From contig NZ_CP065936.1 in NCBI RefSeq assembly GCF_003367075.2, positions 1,020,001 to 1,052,000 of the forward strand: a DNA stretch of 32,000 nt. Direction: 5' to 3'. The notes under the pieces are model-generated. The model had not been told where the DNA came from. It searched no databases and worked only from the letters and a program-made list of their open reading frames with translations. Below are positions 7,572-16,173 of the stretch, one piece after another. The first letter of the stretch is position 1, and each line of letters starts with the position of its first letter. Position numbers and translations under genes: made by a program. The stretch comes from Cylindrospermopsis raciborskii Cr2010 (GTDB lineage Bacteria; Cyanobacteriota; Cyanobacteriia; Cyanobacteriales; Nostocaceae).

Positions 7572-9125
7572 TTATATGGATGGAAGTCCTACCTCTTGAG
7601 CACTAACCCAGTTCCCATCAAAGTCAATAGCACGATCTTCCGTGGTTCTAGCACTTGCTATTGCTTTGCGTAGTTCTGCAATTTCCATCTGGTCTTTGAT
7701 TTCTCCCAATAGATAAATTAATAATTTTACTGCCAATTCTTTTTTAGACACTTGAACCCGCTTTTTATTCGGATCATATAAAACTCCATACCATAGAGAA
7801 TTAGGAAACTCCATTTGACTAAAACCACCCTGAAGATCAAATTTTTGCAACTTTTTAAAAATGTTTTCTAATAAGAGACCATTTTTAAAAACTAAAATTC
7901 CTAAAGCTTCTGCTAAGGCAACTTGTGCCACAGGACGAAATAAAATATTGCCCTCACCACCAACTTTTTCAAAACTGAATCGCCGTAAAACAGTTGTATC
8001 TTCATGATCTAAAATCTTATAACTAGGGAGGGTGGCTAAATGGTCAAATAGCTGTTCAAATTCCCTAATTCCTTCTGCTAACTCGTCAGGGTCTGGACGC
8101 ATGGGAATCAATCCCTTAATTTGGGGTTGCCAATGGGGAAATTTGTATCCTAAATATTTAGTTGACATATCTTGTAAGGCTTGTAATGTGGTCAATACGG
8201 TGGAATTAGCTGCTACTGTGGCGCTGTTCCAGTTAATCCGAGGTTTCCGATTCTCTCTGTGCGCTAACAGGGGATGACTTACTGCTATTTTTCTGGCTAC
8301 AATTGCAAAACCATTATCTTCATTTAATTGGATCAGTTGACCTTTAGTCAAGGGGGTAGCCATTAAATTCACATGCACAAAAATTGATCTGACTCTCTGT
8401 TTGGCTTCTGAGTAGGTTTCTCCACTATTGACTGCACAAATAAATTCAATTCCAATTTTTTCCTGGGGTAATTGTTTGAGATAGTCAATATTAATCCTAT
8501 ATTGGTCTACCAACTCTGACAGATCTATATAACTATCAGTGGGGATTTTATCTCGGTTATATTTTGTTATTCTTCCATTTTCTAACAGTTCTAATAAACC
8601 CTGAACTCCCATTAATCTATGTTGACCGTCTAAAGCATAGATATTTACATCTTTTTCTGCTACATTCAATAAACCAATATGACCATTTGCATCTAAAGGG
8701 GTAAAATCAGTAGTTGCTTTTTTGGCGCGTCCCTCCCCACCCCATAATTCTGATTTTGCATCATTCGCCCAGGGTTGATTGATTACAACTAGTACTGGTG
8801 GAAACTTATGATTTCTATGTATAGTTAGATATTGTAATAATGAAGCTTGACGTGACCAATCTAAAGAACGCTGTTGAATCTGCTCAATACTATCCGCGTC
8901 AATTTCAATGTTGTCTGTAACCGGATTATATTTATTTTGCAATATCGGTAGAGTAGAAGCGAACTCAACCTTTTTTGCAAACCATTCCAAAGTAACTGAG
9001 CCTAGATAAGCGGTAACATCACCCATTTTCGTTTGTTGAACTATAATTTGAGATGGAAGTTGAGGGGGTTGACCTACTGGGTACTGAGGAAAAATGCTAC
9101 GGTTATCTTGAGGTATTTTTGCCAT
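7572..9125 (-). CDS. dndB: DndB-like DGQHR-domain protein
   Basis: DGQHR motif in 'NIYALDGQHRLMGVQGL'; 'VRSIFVHVNLMATPLTKGQLIQLNEDNGFAIVARK' characteristic of DndB/DGQHR proteins; position in the dnd cluster. Confidence 0.85.
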   Translation of the reverse strand: MAKIPQDNRSIFPQYPVGQPPQLPSQIIVQQTKMGDVTAYLGSVTLEWFAKKVEFASTLPILQNKYNPVTDNIEIDADSIEQIQQRSLDWSRQASLLQYLTIHRNHKFPPVLVVINQPWANDAKSELWGGEGRAKKATTDFTPLDANGHIGLLNVAEKDVNIYALDGQHRLMGVQGLLELLENGRITKYNRDKIPTDSYIDLSELVDQYRINIDYLKQLPQEKIGIEFICAVNSGETYSEAKQRVRSIFVHVNLMATPLTKGQLIQLNEDNGFAIVARKIAVSHPLLAHRENRKPRINWNSATVAANSTVLTTLQALQDMSTKYLGYKFPHWQPQIKGLIPMRPDPDELAEGIREFEQLFDHLATLPSYKILDHEDTTVLRRFSFEKVGGEGNILFRPVAQVALAEALGILVFKNGLLLENIFKKLQKFDLQGGFSQMEFPNSLWYGVLYDPNKKRVQVSKKELAVKLLIYLLGEIKDQMEIAELRKAIASARTTEDRAIDFDGNWVSAQEVGLPSI

Positions 9126-9182
9126 GAAGTTAATTTTTTAAAAACTTAATTGGAGATTAGGTTGTCTATTTTGCCAAAATAT

Positions 9183-9212
9183 TACATACTAGTACGAAAC
9201 TATAGTTGTCAA
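9183..9212 (-). promoter_or_regulatory. Putative dndB promoter: -35 TTGACA (9212-9207), 18-bp spacer, -10 TATGTA (9188-9183), with palindrome AACTATAGTT (9198-9207) in the spacer and overlapping the -35 edge
   Basis: Read directly from the reverse strand; perfect -35 hexamer; 58 nt from the dndB ATG. Confidence 0.45.
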
Positions 9213-9359
9213 TACTTTCTAGAAATTTCCCTTGTAAAGGTCTGATTTACATTCCCGACCTTGAATTCCCACAGAATTCATCGGTGAATTGATAAGATCA
9301 TCAGCAATTGTTTTCCCAATTATCCCTCCTAATTACAACAATTATCCCCAATTACAACC

Positions 9360-11015
9360 ATGGTGACATCAGAAAGTAAAACCCCGCCGAATCGAACTGT
9401 AGCTGAGCTGGTGGAGAATATTCTAGTTCTTACGAAAGAAATTCAGCAATTATACTGTTTGGACGACATACCCTGGGTGGTTGGTTATTCTGGAGGAAAA
9501 GACAGTACGGCAATCTTACAACTGATTTGGAATGCTATTTCTGATTTACCACCAGAAAAAAGAACTAAGACCATTCACGTCATTACCACAGACACAGGCG
9601 TAGAGAATCCTTATGTTTCCGCTTGGGTACGTGCTTCTCATGAAAATATCAAAAAAGCTGCCCAAGAACAGCAAGTTCCCATGCAAGCTCACCTTTTACA
9701 ACCAGAAACAAAGGAGACATATTGGGTGGGTCTAATTGGTAAGGGATATCCTGCTCCCCGTCAAAAATTTCGCTGGTGTACTGAACGCCTAAAAATCAGC
9801 CCATCTAACCGTTTTATTCGTGATATGGTTAGGGAAAGTGGAGAAACAATCCTGGTTCTGGGTATTCGCAAGACCGAAAGTAAAAATCGTGCTGCTACCA
9901 TGAAAAAAATGGAGGCTAAAAGACTGCGCGATCGCCTGAGTCCCAATGGCAATTTACCCAATTCCCTGGTTTACAGTCCCATAGAAGATTGGCGGACTGA
10001 TGAAGTTTGGCTATATTTGATGCAGTGGGATAATCCTTGGGGGCACAGTAATAAGGATCTATTTGTGATGTATAGGCAATCAACGGAAGACAATGAATGC
10101 CCATTGGTTGTTGACACATCTACTCCTAGTTGTGGCAGTTCTCGTTTTGGTTGTTGGGTTTGTACCCTAGTTGATCGTGATGTATCCCTGAGTGCAATGA
10201 TTCAAAATGATCAAGAAAAAGAGTGGATGCAACCAATAGTTGAGTTTAGGAAGGAATTAGATATTGAAAATGACAGAGAAAAAAGGGATTTTCGTCGCAT
10301 TTGGGGGGAAGTTCAATTATTTGAACGGAACAGAAATGGGGAAATGTCGGTTGAACCCATACCTGGGCCATATACAAAATATTGGCGAGAATACTGGTTA
10401 AGAAAATTATTAACAGCACAAAAAGAAATGAGAGAGAATGCACCAGAAAACATGGCCAATATCACCCTAATCTCAATGGAAGAACTGAGTGAAATTCGCC
10501 GTATCTGGCTGGAAGAAAAACACGAATTTGACGACAGTTTACCCCAAATATATGAACAAGTGACAGGAGAAAAATTTAAAGATTCTCGACCTGGCGCAGA
10601 TTATAGTCTATTAGGTGGGGATGAGTGGGAGGTGTTAGAACAAATCTGTGCGGGTAACTCTATGGAATTAGAGCTGATGGCAAAGTTACTAGACACGGAA
10701 AGACAATTCAAGAAAAAAACCCGCCGAGTAGGGATTTTTGAAACTTTAGAAAAGTGCTTTGAAACTAGTTCCCGTTCCCAACAAGAGGCTATTGATTATG
10801 CTCATTTTAAAAGAGATCTACGTCTAGCAGCTAGTGAAGGCAATGTAGCAACAATTCGTCAGGCATTTAAACAATTAGATATACCACGGGTGCAAGAGCA
10901 AAATAACACTGAGTATAACACTGAAAATAAGACCGAAGATAAAAAACCCCTAGAGCAACCACTGAGTTTTGCGAGCATGAAATATAGAAAGTATGAATAT
11001 AAGCAAGAAGAATAG
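9360..11015 (+). CDS. dndC: DNA phosphorothioation protein DndC (PAPS reductase/ATP sulfurylase-like)
   Basis: PP-loop VVGYSGGKDSTAILQLIW, 'FRWCTERLKISPSNRFI', cysteine-rich 'CPLVVDTSTPSCGSSRFGCWVCTLV'; followed by dndD and dndE. Confidence 0.96.
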   Translation: MVTSESKTPPNRTVAELVENILVLTKEIQQLYCLDDIPWVVGYSGGKDSTAILQLIWNAISDLPPEKRTKTIHVITTDTGVENPYVSAWVRASHENIKKAAQEQQVPMQAHLLQPETKETYWVGLIGKGYPAPRQKFRWCTERLKISPSNRFIRDMVRESGETILVLGIRKTESKNRAATMKKMEAKRLRDRLSPNGNLPNSLVYSPIEDWRTDEVWLYLMQWDNPWGHSNKDLFVMYRQSTEDNECPLVVDTSTPSCGSSRFGCWVCTLVDRDVSLSAMIQNDQEKEWMQPIVEFRKELDIENDREKRDFRRIWGEVQLFERNRNGEMSVEPIPGPYTKYWREYWLRKLLTAQKEMRENAPENMANITLISMEELSEIRRIWLEEKHEFDDSLPQIYEQVTGEKFKDSRPGADYSLLGGDEWEVLEQICAGNSMELELMAKLLDTERQFKKKTRRVGIFETLEKCFETSSRSQQEAIDYAHFKRDLRLAASEGNVATIRQAFKQLDIPRVQEQNNTEYNTENKTEDKKPLEQPLSFASMKYRKYEYKQEE

Positions 11016-11063
11016 ATTCTTAGATTATTAGTTTGCCATCTTGATTTTTGAACTGCTGGAATT

Positions 11064-13118
11064 ATGATTTTTTTAGAACTTGTACTGCAAAACTTTGGTC
11101 CTTATGCTGGTAAGCAAGTGATTAATTTGGATACCAGAATCGATCAGAATAACATTCGTCCAATTATTCTTTTGGGGGGGATGAACGGAGGAGGAAAAAC
11201 CACCCTGATGGATGCTATTCGCTTGGCATTATATGGAGCAAGGGCCCAATGTTCCACCAGGGGAAATTTAAGTTATGGTGACTTTCTCACCCAGTGTGTG
11301 AATAACAAAGCTGACCCGATTAATAAAACCAGAATCGAGTTGGTTTTTGAACACATTGAAGATGATAAACCCGTGAGGTATCGGGTAGTGAGAACTTGGG
11401 AAAAAAACCCCAAGGATGGTAAAGATTCCCTGGGAATTTTGGGGGATGACGAAACCTGGCCCCAGTCTTTAGCCAATATCTGGGACGAATACATAGAAAA
11501 TATATTGCCCTTGGGTATTTCTAATTTATTTTTATTTGATGGTGAGCAGGTCAAGGAACTAGCAGAACAGGAAGTTCCTCCTCCCATAGTGGTGGATGCA
11601 ATTAATGGACTCTTGGGATTGGAGTTAGTAGATAAATTGTCCTTAGATTTGGAAATATTAGTCAATCGCAAAAAAAAGGAAAATGCTGATGATCAGGATT
11701 TGGCTAAGTTGGAAGAATTGGAAACCCGTTTGCATAAACAAATGGAGCAAAAAAATTCTCAAAAATCTCAGTTGCAAGACCTAGAGGAGCAGGTAAAAAA
11801 TTTAAAAGTTAAATATGAGGAAGCCCTAAATAAGTATATATCAGAAGGTGGCAAAATTGCCGGGGAACGCAGTCAACTGGATAGGGAGAGGGAAACTCAG
11901 GTTGGCAAGGTGGAAAATCTACGGAAAACTTTATGCGAATTGGCTGAGGGTGTGTTACCTTTACAGTTAATTAGTAATTTATTATCTCAAGTCCAGATCC
12001 AGGGTGAAAAAGAGTTAAGACTTCAACAAATACAGTTACAAAATCAAGTGGCTAGAGATATTTTAATTACTAGAGATAAAAGATTGGTTTCCTTCCTCCA
12101 TCAATTGAATCTAAAACTGGAAACAATCACCAGTATTGAAAATTTCCTGCTTCAGGATATTGATAGTTTATATATGGATTTATCTACTAAATTGTATGAT
12201 AATAAAACAGTTAAAGCCAATGTGAAAGCCAATAATGCCAATAATTATGAAGGGTCTTTCTTACATGCAGACGAAGAAACTTTAAGTTCTTTAGATCGTC
12301 TGATCTATGGCTTGCCAACAGTCCAAAATAACGCCAAAAACCACCTGCTCGAACTGCGCAATTGTCTAGAATTAATTGTCAGCCTAGATAGGCAAATTCA
12401 AGCTGCTGCTCCACCAGAAGCATACATCAAACTACAAAAAATCCGAGAACTGGCTGAAAAAGAATGGAGTCGAGCAAATACCAATTTGGAAATACTCAAT
12501 CGTCAGTTCATCAATTTAACTACCACCATTGATAAAACCAAACGAGAGTTGAATAGTTATACCGACAAAAATCTTAAATATCAAAGTAATCAACATTTGA
12601 TTGCTTCAGTCCATAGAGTACAAGAAAATTTAAAGTTGTTTAAAGAAAAACTAACTTTAAGGAAATTAAATAAATTAGAAGAAGAAGTAAAAAACTGTTT
12701 TTTGTATTTACTACATAAATCATATTTGGTCTATAGAGTGGGAATTGATGCTAAAAGTTTCCAACTCTCATTGTATGATCTCCACGGTAAATTAGTCCCT
12801 AAACATAGACTATCCGCAGGAGAAAAACAACTCTTGGCGATCGCCTTTTTATGGGGTTTAGCAAAAGTGTCTGGAAAACAACTACCGGTGGCAATTGACA
12901 CCCCCCTAGGAAGACTAGATTCATCCCATAGAAATAACCTACTGGAAAGATATTTCCCCACAGCAAGCCATCAAGTAATTTTACTATCCACAGATACAGA
13001 AATAGCCAGGAAAGAAATAGCAATACTCAGAGAACATCAGGCGATCGCACGAGAATATATTTTAGAGTATGATTCAGGAAAAAGAGAAACAACCATCAAA
13101 GAGGGATATTTTTGGTAA
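11064..13118 (+). CDS. dndD: DNA phosphorothioation protein DndD (SMC-like ATPase)
   Basis: 'LELVLQNFGPYAGKQVINLD...IILLGGMNGGGKTTLMDAIRLALYGARA', LFLFDGEQVKELAEQE, C-terminal LSAGEKQLLAIAFLWGLAK / LPVAIDTPLGRLDSSHR. Confidence 0.96.
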   Translation: MIFLELVLQNFGPYAGKQVINLDTRIDQNNIRPIILLGGMNGGGKTTLMDAIRLALYGARAQCSTRGNLSYGDFLTQCVNNKADPINKTRIELVFEHIEDDKPVRYRVVRTWEKNPKDGKDSLGILGDDETWPQSLANIWDEYIENILPLGISNLFLFDGEQVKELAEQEVPPPIVVDAINGLLGLELVDKLSLDLEILVNRKKKENADDQDLAKLEELETRLHKQMEQKNSQKSQLQDLEEQVKNLKVKYEEALNKYISEGGKIAGERSQLDRERETQVGKVENLRKTLCELAEGVLPLQLISNLLSQVQIQGEKELRLQQIQLQNQVARDILITRDKRLVSFLHQLNLKLETITSIENFLLQDIDSLYMDLSTKLYDNKTVKANVKANNANNYEGSFLHADEETLSSLDRLIYGLPTVQNNAKNHLLELRNCLELIVSLDRQIQAAAPPEAYIKLQKIRELAEKEWSRANTNLEILNRQFINLTTTIDKTKRELNSYTDKNLKYQSNQHLIASVHRVQENLKLFKEKLTLRKLNKLEEEVKNCFLYLLHKSYLVYRVGIDAKSFQLSLYDLHGKLVPKHRLSAGEKQLLAIAFLWGLAKVSGKQLPVAIDTPLGRLDSSHRNNLLERYFPTASHQVILLSTDTEIARKEIAILREHQAIAREYILEYDSGKRETTIKEGYFW

Positions 13119-13148
13119 TTAGGTAAGAGAGTTAATATCATACCAGGT

Positions 13149-13550
13149 ATGAAAATGGAATCACCCATAGAAAGAATTAAACTATCGCAGACGGCCAAGG
13201 ATCAACTGTTGAAATTAAAACGTGTCACCCGTATAGAACAATGGAATATACTATGTCGGTGGGCGTTTTGTCGTTCTCTAGCTGAAACCAGTCCCCCATC
13301 ACCCATACCCATACCCCAAGACAGTAATGTAGAGCTGACGTGGAAAGTATTTGGGGGAGAAATAGCAGATATTTTGCTGTTAGCACTAAAACAACGGTGT
13401 AATAACGACGGTTTAGGAACAGACTCAGAAACCCTAATCACCCAATTTCGCTTGCACCTACATAGAGGTATAGGATATTTAGCAGGGGATCCAAATATTA
13501 AGAGTATTGAAGATTTCATAGATCTGACTAGCAAGAATGTGAAAAGCTAG
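13149..13550 (+). CDS. dndE: DNA phosphorothioation protein DndE
   Basis: 'IERIKLSQTAKDQLLKLKRVTRIEQWNILCRWAFCRSL' N-terminus typical of DndE; 30 nt after dndD. Confidence 0.93.
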   Translation: MKMESPIERIKLSQTAKDQLLKLKRVTRIEQWNILCRWAFCRSLAETSPPSPIPIPQDSNVELTWKVFGGEIADILLLALKQRCNNDGLGTDSETLITQFRLHLHRGIGYLAGDPNIKSIEDFIDLTSKNVKS

Positions 13551-13583
13551 TAATAATCTAGTTGATCAACCATAGCACCAGAG

Positions 13584-15101
13584 ATGATTCAAGAAATCCA
13601 AGCACTAAAACAGGCATTTTATAGTCGCAAGATGGGGAGTTTGCTGTTGCTCGGTTTTGCTTCCGGGTTACCACTGTTTCTCACCACTCGCACCCTGCAA
13701 CTATGGATGAAAGATGCTGATGTAGAGGTTGCCAAAATCACATTATTTAGCCTAGTCAGTCTACCATACTCCTTAAAATTTATTTGGTCTCCCCTAATTG
13801 ATAGATTTTCTCCATCCTTTTTAGGGGGGAGGAGAGGTTGGTTGTTCCTTACTCAATTGGGGTTAGTGCTAGCAATAGTAATCATGGCATTACAGCAACC
13901 AACCCAAAACACCCAAGTGCTAATCACCCTAGCCATTATATCATTTATTATTGCCTTTTTTAGTGCCACCCAAGATATTGCTGGGGATGCCTATAGAACG
14001 GAAATTTTAAAGCCCCTAGAATTGGAAACAGGAGCATCTGTATGGGTTTTAGGTTATCGGGTAGCTCTATTTATTGCCTTTTCTTTAGCAGCATGGTTAG
14101 CAGGATTTCTGTCATGGAATATGGTATACCTACTCATGGCAGGATTTATGACCGTGGGACTCATTACCACTCTTTTGGCTCCACCAGAAACCCAAGAGAA
14201 AAACAACTCACCCAAGACCAACAATAGGTTTTTAAAAACTAAGGATATTATATTTCTCCTGCTGATTATCACCATAACTGCTGCTTTAGTGGGGGGTGTA
14301 ATTTCCCAGGTAATCCCCCTGCAAGTCTTTTATTGGATATTAGGTGGACTACTAATAACTTGGGTTCTGGCCTCAATTATCTTGCCCAAACCCCAACTAA
14401 ATGAACACTCCCAAGACCTGACACCACACACCCTACAAGAAGCAGTCATCTTACCACTACAAATCTTCCTAGAAAAATATGGCATTAGTAAAGCACTAAT
14501 TATCCTCATCTTCATTATACTCTATAAACTGGGTGATTCCCTCGTAGGAATCACAGCCAACCTATTTGCCAAAGAAATTAACTTTAATAACCAGGAACTA
14601 GCAACAGTTTACATTATTGGACTAATAGCCACCACCACAGGGGTCATCCTCGGTGGAATAATAATGTCTAAAATTGGCATCAACCGCGCCCTTTGGATAT
14701 TTGGCATCCTCCAACTACTCAGCAACCTAGGTTATTATACACTAGCTATTGTTGGCAAAGACTACCCTCTCCTGGCGATCGCTATTATGATCGAAAACAG
14801 CAGTGCTGGACTAGTCACCGTAGCTACAGTGGCTTACCTAATGAGCTTATGTAGTCATAACTTTACCACCACACAATTTGCTCTATTTTCTAGCCTTATG
14901 GCATTAAGTCGAGACATACTTTCAGCACCTGCAGGGGACTGGGCAAAAGCTACTGGTTGGCCAAATTTCTTTCTGTTATCTATATTAGCAGCTTTACCTG
15001 GATTAATACTGTTACCTATAGCCGCCCCTTGGAATAATAAATCGTTAACAGTAAACAGACCAGGACTTGAAAAGGAGGATTTATGGAACCACAAGCAGTA
15101 A
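13584..15101 (+). CDS. MFS transporter, AmpG-like
   Basis: 12-TM hydrophobic profile; 'LLLLGFASGLPLFLTTRTLQLWMKDADVEVAKITLFSLVSLPYSLKFIWSPLIDRF' and 'FFSATQDIAGDAYRTEIL' typical of AmpG-type permeases. Confidence 0.85.
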   Translation: MIQEIQALKQAFYSRKMGSLLLLGFASGLPLFLTTRTLQLWMKDADVEVAKITLFSLVSLPYSLKFIWSPLIDRFSPSFLGGRRGWLFLTQLGLVLAIVIMALQQPTQNTQVLITLAIISFIIAFFSATQDIAGDAYRTEILKPLELETGASVWVLGYRVALFIAFSLAAWLAGFLSWNMVYLLMAGFMTVGLITTLLAPPETQEKNNSPKTNNRFLKTKDIIFLLLIITITAALVGGVISQVIPLQVFYWILGGLLITWVLASIILPKPQLNEHSQDLTPHTLQEAVILPLQIFLEKYGISKALIILIFIILYKLGDSLVGITANLFAKEINFNNQELATVYIIGLIATTTGVILGGIIMSKIGINRALWIFGILQLLSNLGYYTLAIVGKDYPLLAIAIMIENSSAGLVTVATVAYLMSLCSHNFTTTQFALFSSLMALSRDILSAPAGDWAKATGWPNFFLLSILAALPGLILLPIAAPWNNKSLTVNRPGLEKEDLWNHKQ

Positions 15102-15481
15102 TTATTCTTGGTACAATCGTATTAATAATTACAGGGTTGTTATTGGGTTATGTAGTTTCACAATTAGTTTTAGGATATTTGGGGTTTAGCCTTCTTACCC
15201 TGCTAGGAACAGTCAGCCTGGTGTTGATTTTTGGTGCCCTCTACTACGTAATATTTTGGCAATTGCGACGACAGTTACAACCAGCAAATTTCGGTTCTGT
15301 CAAACAAGTAGATGAGGAAATAACAGGAAGTTACCTGAAAAACAGACTCATTACCAGACTATCTGGTGATGTAGCTGCTGCGGAAAGATTAATTGAACAG
15401 GCCCAACAAAACTATCCAGGAATGCCAGAAAATTGGTACTGTGAAAAAGTCCTTGATGATTTAGATCGGGATCAACATTAA
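15083..15481 (+). CDS. Conserved-looking two-TM membrane protein of unknown function
   Basis: Two predicted TM segments at the N-terminus; overlaps the 3' end of the MFS gene by 19 nt, suggesting coupling. Confidence 0.7.
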   Translation: MEPQAVIILGTIVLIITGLLLGYVVSQLVLGYLGFSLLTLLGTVSLVLIFGALYYVIFWQLRRQLQPANFGSVKQVDEEITGSYLKNRLITRLSGDVAAAERLIEQAQQNYPGMPENWYCEKVLDDLDRDQH

Positions 15482-15504
15482 AACCACTCAGATTATTACA
15501 GATC

Positions 15505-15681
15505 ATGTCTATTTTTCGTCAGTACATCGCTCCCTTGCTCGTTGTTTTAGTATTTTTAGTTGCCTTGGCTGCTGTCAGTGCGAGGATTTTTCTACCCGCC
15601 GATATGGCTGCACCCGCTCCAGTTGGCACAATCGTTCATCATTTATCAGTTTACACCCTAAGTTACAATTTTAACATTTGA
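15505..15681 (+). CDS. Possible 58-aa single-TM small protein (MSIFRQYIAPLLVVLVFLVALAAVSARIFLPADMAAPAPVGTIVHHLSVYTLSYNFNI), not in the supplied ORF track
   Basis: Manual translation from the ATG at 15505; N-terminal TM segment; stop overlaps the proposed start of the downstream GNAT ORF. Confidence 0.4.
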   Translation: MSIFRQYIAPLLVVLVFLVALAAVSARIFLPADMAAPAPVGTIVHHLSVYTLSYNFNI

Positions 15682-16148
15682 CTTTGGAATTTCCTTTGCC
15701 GGACTATTCTCTTCGTCGAGGTTCTATCCTAGACAAGGCCCTCTTGGTCAAGTTTATCCAGCGTACTTACCAAGAAATTTTTCCCTCCCGAGACTTTTCC
15801 CACCTGTCCCGTACTGTGGAGAACTATCTTTCCAATGATACGCCTTTGTGGTGGGTATATAAAAATCAGCAGCCGTCTCCAATAGCTTGTTTGTGGGCTG
15901 GTAATGCCATAGATCAGGTAACAGGTAGTCGTCATACCCACATATTTCTACTTTACGTAGAACCTACCCACCGTAGACAGGGTATTGCCAAAACCCTCAT
16001 GCAACACGTGGAAAACTGGGCTAAACAGAAGGGAGACCCACAAATTGGACTCCAGGTGTTCACCACTAATACCCCTGCTCTAGAGCTTTATAAACAGCTA
16101 GGTTATCAAACCCAATCCCTCTGGATGATAAAATCACTTGAGGGCTGA
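15678..16148 (+). CDS. GNAT-family N-acetyltransferase (RimI-like); TTG start as given
   Basis: 'HIFLLYVEPTHRRQGIAKTLMQHVENWAKQKG...LQVFTTNTPALELYKQLGY'. Confidence 0.88.
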   Translation: MTLEFPLPDYSLRRGSILDKALLVKFIQRTYQEIFPSRDFSHLSRTVENYLSNDTPLWWVYKNQQPSPIACLWAGNAIDQVTGSRHTHIFLLYVEPTHRRQGIAKTLMQHVENWAKQKGDPQIGLQVFTTNTPALELYKQLGYQTQSLWMIKSLEG

Positions 16149-16173
16149 TTTTTAACTAACTGATAAAGATATT

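Noticed and set aside
8032-8277. 81-aa ORF antisense to dndB
   Set aside because: Shadow ORF with no start or RBS evidence.
9761-10443. Antisense ORFs opposite dndC
   Set aside because: They overlap conserved catalytic coding sequence; no independent evidence.
11273-11671. 132-aa ORF antisense to dndD
   Set aside because: Long only because the sense frame is constrained; composition is Ser/Thr-rich and not protein-like.
12731-13534. Antisense ORFs opposite dndD/dndE, considered as possible antitoxin-like genes
   Set aside because: They mirror dndD and dndE codons and have no supporting intergenic signals.
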